64,000 bases of DNA from Botryllus schlosseri. Taxonomy: Eukaryota. The stretch lies in contig CM119378.1 in assembly GCA_051294905.1 (NCBI GenBank), positions 10,478,001 to 10,542,000 of the forward strand, in the 5' to 3' direction. Numbering within the stretch: position 1 is the first letter of the stretch; the number at the start of each line of letters is the position of its first letter. The notes beneath the pieces were generated by a model. The model was not told the origin of the DNA. It made no database searches and was given only the letters and a program-made list of their open reading frames with translations. The position numbers and the translations under genes are program-made. Positions 51,501 to 63,500 of the stretch are shown piece after piece.

Positions 51501-54500
51501 TTCTTGCAAGCCATTGTGTCATAACACAGTGCGATGCAGCTAACCCATCATATAACTCTTTGTTATGCAAATCTAAGAGAACTAGAACCATACTAGAAAT
51601 AGTTTATAGCAAATTTTCAAATCACTCCTTTACATTTTGACGCAATATTTGATAAAAGTTGCAGTAAAAATTGGTATGAGAAATAGAGAAAAGTTGCAAA
51701 AAGTTGCACTATAAAATCGCTCCAAACAGCTTAAAACATCATAGTACATAGATTCTGAGTATCTAGGAAGCTGTAAAAAAATATGCAAAAATTGCAAAAA
51801 CTTGCCCTAGTTATAATCAAATTGTATATTGTATTCTTATGAAAGGCTACAGGCTATTCATATGCTCATTATTGAAGCATTTTTTTCTTCAGTTGACACT
51901 CATGATGCGAGGATTGAAATTTCAATCATTGATTTATATCTTCCTGCCCAGATTGATGCCAGTGAAGATCCTGGAATAAAAATTCTTCACGTGACTGGAT
52001 TAGAACCGGGATTAAGATATGAGGTTCAACATTACTATCTGTTCCCGAATGGTGTGAAAAGTGCTCCTCTGAAGGAAACGTTCAAAACAAGTATATTTCT
52101 TTACATATGTGATTCATTGACAATATAATATCTAGTTTAGACATCATGAAAGCATTTGATCACACATTAATTCATGTGTACATACACACTCAGTATTTAG
52201 TGATGTCCAGAAATGAGTAGCAGCGTATGCGATTAACGTGATTCCATTCGACCCATCCTACCACAACATGCATTGTTTATCTATAAGATGTAGATACCTA
52301 GAACTGCCAACTGAATACTATCGGAATCTCTGAGTATTTTTTTTCTTTCGCATTCCTCATGTATGCAGTGTATTTACGTCACCAACCCTTAAGTACTAAA
52401 GTACCTGAAGTGATAAGAATGATAATGCTAATTTGAACGAATTTCCCTGCTTGATCACTTTAAAATATATACGATGTCATGGCTTTTATGTTTTGCCATT
52501 ACCTATTCATTTCATAGGAAGCTCTTTTAGTTATTATATGAATGGGTGATTGAACTGTATGTTAAAATTTTCCTTTCTTTAATTTAGAAGAAGAAAAGGG
52601 ATCTGGCGGTTCTGGATCAGCAATAATTCCAAAGTCTATGAGGAACTTTTAGTATGTTTTGCAGCTATGTAATAAAGTGAACTTGAAAGTTTTATTGATC
52701 TGTTCTGTTGCAGCCCAGCATGTGCTAGAAACGAAACTTCCCTGCACGTGATATTCATGGTGTCCACTCACCGAAACGTATCATATAAGGAGTATAAGCT
52801 CACACGTGACTTGATATTAGGGGCCGTGTCCGGAGTGAGGATGAGTGGAACAAAATATGCATTGGCTAGCGTCATAGAGATTAATGACAAGCCAACTGTT
52901 ACATTGTCACCCAGTCAATATACGCACTCGAGGGCCAGGTGGAGGTCTGCTATCGGGTCGGAAATGAAAAATACTGTTGGAGATCAAAACAACATTGGTG
53001 CAGGTATGGTCAAGTATATTTTACTGGCACCAAAATATTGTTCATGTGAAACCATTTACATTTATCAGGCTTTGGAGATTAATCAAAGCTTTAAAACTCG
53101 ACCTTATTGTAGCACAAACCGCTAATAGCTCCACAAAGTCAATCTTTCTCTACTATATAGTATAACCAAATGAACGTGGCTATTATTTGAGTGAATCATA
53201 TAATTCTGTATCTCTTCTTCCCATTTTTCTGTGGCTTAAAGGGTTCACCAAACTTTTATGACATAATTTAGAGCCTATTACGACCAATGAGCTTGAGGAT
53301 TTACAGCTCCTGCATTCAATGCTATAGGGATTGCATCTTAAATTAAATCCATCAAGGATGTAATCAGGGATTGTAATTGTAATATTAAATGAATCAAATT
53401 GTGTTATTTTTTCTGAAGGATTAACTTTTGTCTTAAACTACACTGATGCTGATATGAAATGGTGGAATCCTCAAAAACTGGTTTATGTGATCACTACCCG
53501 CTCGGCGTCGGATGATGTCCAAACTGCGTACAGGTGATTTGGAGATCAATGATCTTATATTCAAGATAACAATGAAATTATCTGTGGTTATCTAGAAAAC
53601 TTGTTGCTGCCGGGGTGGTTGTGAGGTTTATCGTTGTTGGCGGCTGTGATGATCCCTCGTTGATCTCGGTGCGGGAAAATAGGAATACAGTGTGTGTCCC
53701 CTCATTTCAATCGTTGCGAAGAATCACAGGAAATATTACCAAGGATATTGAGTGCCGGTTTAAAGGTATGATTAACTTTCCAAAGTTGTGTGCCATATAA
53801 TAAATACATGATTTTTTGAAGCTCAAGAGTTCATTAACATCACTCCAACACCGCTATCGGCATACGTTGAATTCAGTTTTCCCAGTGAATTAGCAGTGAA
53901 ACGGTATACCTACACTGTGACAGCGCCTAACAAAACTGACACCAGCGGAGCAGCAGGACAGATTGATCACAATGTTAGAAGCGAGGTATGAAGATGGAAG
54001 TGGATTTTTTATTGTCTCACTGTAATTAGATGTTACATTGGCAAGCTTTTCCTAACATATTGTTCCTGTTCCCAAATATGATAAATGCGCATCATTTGTT
54101 AATGTCGCTTCTTCACTAAATCTTAACAAAACTCCCATCATTGATACGTCACTACATATGGTATGAATGAAACATTTTGGTATACTCTAATAGCAACCTC
54201 CTATATTACTAGGTATTCAACATAATGCCTATGCAGGGTTTCAAGTAGAAGGAATGGTGTATTGCAAACGAACTTATATGGTTAACCTAACCGTGTACGA
54301 AAATTATAATTGAATAATATATTCTTATCTAAATAAACCCAAATATTTTCGGCTGATGCTCGTCAGAGGTAATCGGCAGAAACAAGTAGAGAATTGAGAA
54401 TAACATCATATAGAAGCAATCGTATTGGATTGTATAATGGACTCGAAGAGTCGTTACAAAATTGATAGAGAACTCACATTACAAAAAAATTTACTATTAT

Positions 54501-57500
54501 TGTTGACTTTCTTTGTCCATGAATCTGTAGATAGTAAATTGCTCAAAACTGCGCAACTGCTCAAGAACATTTTATTGCATTACATTGTTACTCTTAAATG
54601 AAATATCAGAAGAATGACTATATTTGGCGTGGGCAACGTATTTATGTGATGTTTGCAGATTCAATACATACAAACGGAAGAATCACTTAAACCAAACACC
54701 AGGTATCTCTTGGAGATCCAACCTATGAAAGTAAGGTCAACTGCAGGATATAAACCTCGAACGCAAGAATTCAGCACATGTATGGATAGAATGATAGTTT
54801 TGTGACTATTGTTTTACATGATAATATCATCCTATTTCTGTTCAGTGCCACTTCAAACACCAAAAAACTTGAATGTAACATCAACTACAAGAACTATCAA
54901 TGTGGAATGGAGCCCGGAACAATATTCGCAGGTGGGATGAAAGTTATTTGAAACTTCAGTTCCGTTTCTAAATAGCATTGTCTTGATATTTTTCAGGTAT
55001 CCTATTTTGCCTAAAAGCAAGCAACCATAGTAGTCACTGTTCAGAATATTCAGACAGATAGCATTTCTTGGTGACACGGGACCTTTGAGTGTGTCTGTTG
55101 GATGTGACAGAGATGTCAGAATGCATTAAATAATCTAATCATCTGGCCACATTTAATAGAGAAAAAAATTACATTATATGCAATAGTATGAATTGGTGTT
55201 CATGATTGCAGCTTATTGAAATTAAATGAAGTGGTATTACATAACTATAAGTACAAAAGGAAGAACAAGAACTGAAGCAGTTGATAGAAATTATTGGCCC
55301 AAACTTCAATCTAGGTATAGTAAAGGTTTAATATCATTATCGTTACTATTGTTATCGTGATTGTTGCTGCCCATATGATCTAACTCCAGAAGGTTTTGTG
55401 CATATGCTGCTATGTATTTGTCTAATCGGTGGACCCAGCCTCGCGTATGTGAACGGATTAGTGAGCACGCCGTACCACGATGGCCTGTCTTGTAGACACA
55501 GAAATCAAGTCCACACTAATTTATAGTTGACCATCCCCACAACATATTGTGTTTATTGAACCAATTGTAAAATCAAATGTGTCTATCGAATGTGTATATC
55601 CTTCAGTGAGAAATATAGATAAACAATGCATATTGTTTCACTCGAATATGAGAATAGTAACCATGCATCGTTTATCTGTATTTACGACCAGGTGTTCGTT
55701 TTTAGGTAATTTGGTTATTGGTCGATTAATATAATACCGTCCTGATACTTTATACTTGACGGAGTCACTAAATATTGTAATTTTTTCATTGAATGTCTTC
55801 AAGATATATTCTGCTATAGTTACCTTATATTAAATTTATATTCATAGAAGTAACCTGTTTCTTGTCATGAGGACATCATTTAATTTTGAATATCATCACA
55901 GTTTTGTTTGTACATTTACTACTAGTATTGTCTCACTCTTCTTTGTATAGAACAAGTGATCAGTACAAAACTGTTAATATTCCCTTTTTCACTTTCCATC
56001 GTATTTGTTCTACAAATCTTCCATCGCCTAACTACGAAAGGTTATCTGCTCTCTGGAATATAATGATAACATTTTTACTCTTCCGTATTAGTGATTTATG
56101 TGAAGATACTGCTATTGCTTCTACAAATGCATAAAATGGAACATCTTGAACTACTGTTATTGCAATATAACTCCTTCAACTTCTGCTGCACCTGAAATGT
56201 TATTGAAATATTACAATATGAAATTTTCGGTGCAGTAGAATGTTGAGCATGGCCTTTTCTGATTATGATAACCTTAGAGGGAATCTTATTTTCACTTGTA
56301 GAGTCTTGGTGATTATGATGATGAGCTCAACAATGCAAAATTGCTTATTCAGAAATATAGATTCAGTTTGGTGTTTCTGAATCGGCCGATTCAACCATTG
56401 CCTTTCGACGACTATGCTATGGACTCCTCTACGAATGACACTCATCCTATTTTCCGCTCAACCAGCGGAATACCTGGTGCATTATATGAAATCAGAGGCT
56501 GGAATTTTGCAAATGGAGTTTATTCAAATCCGGCCGTGGCAACAATTGTCCTTGGTAAGTTGGTGTGCAATTTTCTCTTCCGCACTCGACTAACTGGACA
56601 GTTGTGCAGACCCGACCGCGGTCAGATCTCTAAGGCAAACAAGTACGACACAGAGTTCTATTTCCGTACGGTTTGATCGATCCACGCAGGACGGTGTCGA
56701 GGACTATTTTTTGGTTGCGTTGCAGAAAACGGGTGATCCGAAAATTATACAGGTATCACTTACAAATACAACATTTGTGACGTAAAATATCAAATACTCA
56801 TTACTATCTAGACCAGGTTCTCAAACTGCGTACTCTCATAAGTGGTGTGCGAGAGCTTCGACAGTTTTAATTGTATTCAGTCTACAATTCTAGTCCGTTG
56901 CAGTAGCTGAAACCACTGCGAATTCACCATGTAAAAATTAATTTAGCTGTGCAACAATTTCACATTGGAATTATTGTGTCCCACCAGATTCAAACAAAGG
57001 AAACCGAGCAGCTGGTGACTAGGCTACCAATGGCTAACAAACTAGTTCATCTGTAAAGTACGCAAGATAAATTTTACCCATGTTGAAATGAAAGTATATG
57101 AAGGACTACACAATGTTATCGATTCATTGCAATCGAATACGGTGGATATACTGCTTGCCACAGTGTGTGGTTTGTAAAACCCTTTCGAAATCTGCCACGT
57201 ATCCAAGCCTGTAAAACGGCACATACAGTCGAACAATATAATATGAGAAGAATCGAGATCCCAGTCTCGACATGGGAGTGTGAGCAAGAGTTCTCGGTCT
57301 TGATTTCCTCTAATTCCAAAAGCGAGAAACGTATTACTGAGCATATACCCGATCTCCGATGTGCTATGAGTAATGGTATACCCCGGATGGACAAGCTTTT
57401 ACTGAAGTAATAGCTGTATCTGTCTCCTTAAATTGTGTTTTATTGCTATTCAATGGTTTTGTGGTATATGAATTAACTGGTAACTGACAAATAGCGGTAT

Positions 57501-60500
57501 ATTTGAAGAAAATAAGTCAGTCAGGAACCAGATGGTACGCAGTCTAGTCAAAAAAGTAGAAAGAGATCGAAATAGTTGGAGAAACATATTCAATCCCGAC
57601 ATCTGCTTTCATAAAATGGTTTTCATACTTACAGTAGTCGTCACGTAATATACTATTGATCAGAATTGAGATGTAATTATAATATTTAAAATGGAGGTTT
57701 CACGTGTAAAGTCACTACGTGAAATTTCGAAGCAGATATTTTTCATTTAGAAGAGCACCAATCTTTATAAGGAATAAATACCGTGCTCTCCATCTTACTG
57801 AGCAACATTGTAATGCCATAGAGACATTACTTAAGGATCTAACTTGCATCATAAAATGGCATCTGATGTGTGACCTTGTGTATGATTTCTTATTTTTGCA
57901 GATGAAGAACCTTCACTATAATGAGAGAGATTTCGAATTTACCAACTTGGAATTCGATACCCAGTATGTTGTCACAGTTTGGGCTGTCAGTGGTGACAAA
58001 AGATCTGTTAATTCTTCAATTGTGATCAAGACAGGTAACGAATTTTCTATTATTATCTAGTGGTCTCTTTCTAATTTAATATAATGTGGATTTGTAGTCT
58101 AAATGACAGTCTGTTGGAAGGTAAGTTCCATACTTAAGCAAGTGTCCTACTACTACTTATCCTACTATTTCCAACTCTTTCCAATATTACTTCATACTCC
58201 ATTGAATGAGTACTGTATCTGAAATCATTATGGTTCATAGGTGTTTTCCTGTTTTGTATTAGAGCAGGTCTCTCCAAATAAAATGTGCTTGCAGGCCAAC
58301 GTCCTAGTTTTTTATGACTCCAGGGGCCGCAGCATCAATAGAGGTATTCAATGTTAGTCCAAGTAGGCCTTATTTGACTGGGTGAAATTGTCCGATTGAA
58401 AGTGAGCCGACTTTGCGGTCATTTTCATTTGTGACCGAGTCGGTCCGAGTCTGAGAAATTCTACGAAAGGTCGCGTCCAAGTCACAATTTTCAGTCACAA
58501 GTCATCTAGGCCGAGGTCATCATAAAGAGCCAATGTAATTACGTTTATATCATCTCTATTCTTAATAATTTATGCATTTGCAGAATGAATTGTACTTCAA
58601 ATATATTTTCCTCTGTTCAGATGAACCTCAACCTGGTGATATGTATGTCACTGCTACGCCTGTAACGGCTAATATTACTGCTTTTATTGGCTCATTTTCT
58701 GGAATCAAAAATATGTCGCTACATGTGCATAGAAACGACACCGGTCAAACTTTATATCGGCAATATGAAGAAGGAACTGAAGTTTGTATTTGTAGCTTTA
58801 GGATTTTCATAGCAATTTGTAAGACATTGTATTGAATATAGACGTACACAGTTTTCGTTGGAAGTCTTGTGCCAAATACTTCATATTACGTAAATCTCCA
58901 TGTATATGGTGAGGTGGATAGAAGTTATGAAAGAACCTTCAGAACAAGTACGTGGAAATCTCTTATCATTGATATTGTCACACATCATTGAAATTGTCTG
59001 TATAGTAGAATTAGTCATATTATGAGTATATATTTCTTGAAGTAATTAGGCCTGACTTATGGTGTCAGTGCACTATCAGGGGCCTCAAACTCAAATGTGC
59101 TCGCGGGCCAATCTCCTAGTTTTTGATGATGCCTCTGGCCTCAGCATCAATAATAGGGGTCTTCAATATATTTCCAATAGGCCTTATTCGACCGAGCCTT
59201 GTAGAATGGCATTCCACACACATCGCGAAAATGTGATATACTATCGCAATATTCACGCGTGAAAGGAAAAAAAATCACAATGGTAAATATTTTATTAAAA
59301 TTGTTGTTGTTCTTGGCATAACTTGTCAAAATAATGAGATACAGACACAATGCAAGGGGGCAAATGCATTATGAGATCGTAAAAGCTGTCGTGTTACAAT
59401 TTTGCAGCGAGCGGATACTTGACGTGCCACAATTATAGGTACAATATTTTAGAATTTAACAAGGATTAATCTGATTTCACAGCATTTGAGCAGTGTAATC
59501 CAACCAAGGTTTCGGACCTACTCCTGATAAGTGGGCTATTGATCATGTCATTGCCAAAGTCTAATTGAATCAGCGTTACATTTACCTTGGGATATTGTCA
59601 CAAGTAACAAGTCCTTCTCTAATTTTAACTTTTGAACCGACTCAACTCGAGTCATTTTCATTTTATCACCCGAGTTCGAGTTTGAGTAATTCTACGAAAG
59701 ATTGCGCATAAGTCGAAATCCTAATTCTCAGTCACGAATCATCAACAGGTCATGTGTTATCATCGTAAACTGGTAATGTGACGTAAAATCAGATCTTCCA
59801 TCGCATGGTAGCTTTTGAAAGTGATGTGATACTGAAGTTTGATGAGTATGTTTTTGGAGCATTGTTGGATTGAGATTTAAGTTCTCAAATCTCAGAAAGA
59901 TACGTGGCAGTTAAATATTGTCGAATACTTGAAAATCCAGAATGGCGACGCAGGCCACACAAAATGTTCTTGCGGGCCCGTGTTTGAGACCTCTGCCCTA
60001 TATTTTTCAAACAATGAATTTTGGGAATAATTCATGACTTGGTGGTTGACATCGACAACAGCATTGCAAACTAGCATACTTGACAAATTTGTAGGCATAT
60101 CTGGTTTTGGTCTACTTTGGGGTAATATCTTACTAAAGGGGATAGGTCGTCAAAGTAGTCAAGGAAGGTATATTCAAGTAAAAGTAGAAGTATTAACACA
60201 AAATTCTACTCAAGTATGAGTATAAGTAGTGTTTTTAGGAACCTGCCTAAATCTATTACAAGTAGATATAGAATTTGCTCACTTTGAAAACTGCGCAAGC
60301 AGGTAAGTCGTTCTTAAAAGCAGTCATGCTGTCATGACTGCTAAAAGGTGAAAACTGGCATATGCGGTGCATTTGGTAGAGAGGTATTATTAACGACCGT
60401 GCTTCAAATGATGGAAATGGAAATGATGGGAAAATTCTGGACTATACTTAACTAATTAACATCCCATCCCATTAGATTACATTCAACTCAAGTTAACAGT

Positions 60501-63500
60501 CCAGGCAATGAGCGTCACATAATACAAACTATGTGAATCGCCTTGGACAATATTTTACTAGTAGTATCGCGATGTTATGAGGCTGGTAGATGTGGTGGCA
60601 AATCCGTTGCTCGTCATCTAGCAGAATTACGATTAAAATAAATTTGCATTGAGCTGAACCCTGCAATCAGCACCTGTCAAGACGGAACTGATGATAAACA
60701 TATAATACCTTATACCCCCTTACCATTATTATATTATATGCATCCTTGACGAAGCTGGTCTTATCCATAATCCTAATTCAAGATATGAACACAAGTGGAT
60801 GTCGTGAGCGAGACACTGTCAAGGTGAAAATAGACCCTGAATGTCTCCGTCTCGGTCTCATTCTCTGTCATTGGAAAATCATAATACTTCAACTAACCAA
60901 CAGGAACTAAGTTACAAGTAATGAATAAGTAACAACATATCATGAAGAAGAAGTAGTTACTTACTCGAGTAAGTACCGCCAGTAGAAGAAAAATACCTGA
61001 GTATTTGAAAAAAACTAGAAGTACATCACTACTGTCCAATATCTGTTAAATGGTATGCATGTAATCAATCATACATTTCCAATATTGGATACTATTGATA
61101 TCATGATCTACTTTCCTGAGGCCTGTATTACATGTACAATGTACAATTGTACATATCTGATGTGTCTTGCACATAGCAGCAGAAAATAAAATTTGTCTCA
61201 TTTGATATGTGATGATCGTTATTATCGGTATTATATCATCTTGCAATTGTAATGCCAATGCAATTGTATTTTAATCCGATTGATCATAATGAATGTGCAA
61301 TGTGCATGTGTGCAATTATATTTCAAGATTGCAGTGGCTTCTTATTGACCCCATTCCTGAATAAGTCATAATAATTAGTTATATCAGTCAGTAGTAGGGA
61401 TGGTCAAGTTCTGTGCAATAAATTAGTGTGCCATTCAATGTGTGGGAAATCAAAATTAAAGCTTCAACACAATATACTGTTTTATCACAGTGCCGCTGCG
61501 TGAACCTTCTAATGTACGAGTCGAATTCCTATCTCCAATTTCATTTCGAGTTTACTGGGACGGCGATGAATATGTCAAGGTATTTTTAAAGAGAAATTCA
61601 AGAGCAATCAGTGTTTCATTAGTTTAAAATACCATGTCTGCAGGAGTATGAGATTTTTGTGACGGAAAATGACCGAAAAAACAGATCGAAAGAATATACG
61701 AATATCGTAAAAGAGACAGAATATGAAGTGGAAAATGGGGACCCGGGTACACAATATGTGATTAGAATAACTGGATCAGCTGGAGGAAAAAGATCCGAAA
61801 CTGTTGAAAAACGGGTGAATCTAGGTAAGATTTGAGATTTCCAGAAACATGCTAAATTGACCTGAAAATATAATTTCAAATATCATTGAGTTTTTACATA
61901 ATGAAAGTGCTAGCTCGCTGTCAGGAATAACTTCGTAGATCTTTTACCTGATGCGATAAAAAGTATTCTTTTACTGTCCCTCTCCCTCTCTCTCTCAACG
62001 AGAGAAACCTATTTTAAAACGACTTCACTTATATAGCTTGGAGTATGAACATTAGGGATATTATGCATTTAATAATTACTGTTAAAATATTGTGATTTAT
62101 TTTATTATTATATTCGTAATCACTTAAGATAATCATAAACTTTACCACATTATATTGACCAACAACTTTCAAATGGAACGGTGGCAGAGGCAGAAAGATT
62201 CAATGCAGAGATTTTTTGCACGTGTGAGGTATGCAGATACCTGGTTCACAAAGAATGTTAATGTTAATGGCCTTGCCCCTTTACTGACAATTTCATGCAT
62301 TTATGCCTTATGCATTATATAGCGTAAAGTATCTACATTTGGAAGAAGTGGTCTCGGTGTGGGTTTATACTAAAAGTTATACATTCTACCACTACTTCAA
62401 GATCCACCACCGCTGATCGACGTGACTCTGGTGCCTGGCCCAGAAGATGTGACCGTTGTCGTGGATGCACTGCCCGAAGTCGAAGAGATCAGGTAGCTAT
62501 CGTGCTCTCGATACAGCGATTCTTTCCTTTCTTACACGATGTCGCCTCCGAAAGGGTGTTGATCAAAGATCCCGAGGGAGAAACTGTTGTGAACGAAACG
62601 GAAGAGATCGTGCCTGGTGAGGAATTCAACAAAACGTACGATTCGCTCGAGCCGTTCAAGAATTACACCACCGAAATTACTCCTGTGGTCGATGGGAAAG
62701 ACGAGGAACCAGAGAAGAACGACTTCACCACAGGTTCGAACCGTTTTCCTTTTCCTTCCCTCGACACAGAATCACACGCAGCCGTTCGGTGTTAGTTCTA
62801 TATCCAACTGTCGGAGAGGATGGCTACTATCCTCCAGCTGCAACTGAGTCGAGAGACTTACAGATTCGACGGTTATATTGCAACGAAGCAAGCACATTTA
62901 TAGCCTATACAGCAGCTCAATGCGTCATAAAACTGCCAACTGCTTCTAGCCAAGCTAGGAAAACGACAGACCGATTCGCTTCCCTTTTTCAATCAGCATG
63001 CTACACAGTACACGACACATGATTCGTCTTGTCACCTGAGGTCGCACCAGGGCGGTTACATAGGTCCGCGTGCATTTCGAACTGTCGTTATCGTGTTTTC
63101 TTTGCAGTCGGCAAGAAATTGGCATCTTTGGATGTTACCGATAAGGGAGAGGACTTCTTGGATGTCGAGGCAGTGGCAAGCGACGATTCCATCGATGGCG
63201 TAGTGTTCAAACTCACACGTCCGGATGGATCAAGCGAAGAGCAAGTTGAGGTTTGTTGGCTGTTGTTTCCCTTCCCTGATCTGGCGTTGTTTTCATTCGA
63301 TCGACCTGATGTTACTTTAGGAGAGTCCGGCGGAAGACCTGACGTACAAAACAACGTTTGACGAATTGGACCCAGACACCACTTACGATATCGAAGCTCA
63401 CCCAGTTGTCGACGACGAGCAAGTCGGTCCAGCTGAGAAAGTCACTGAAGCGACCGGTGAGGAAAACTTTCAGAGTATTTCCCGGATGGGAATGGCTACT

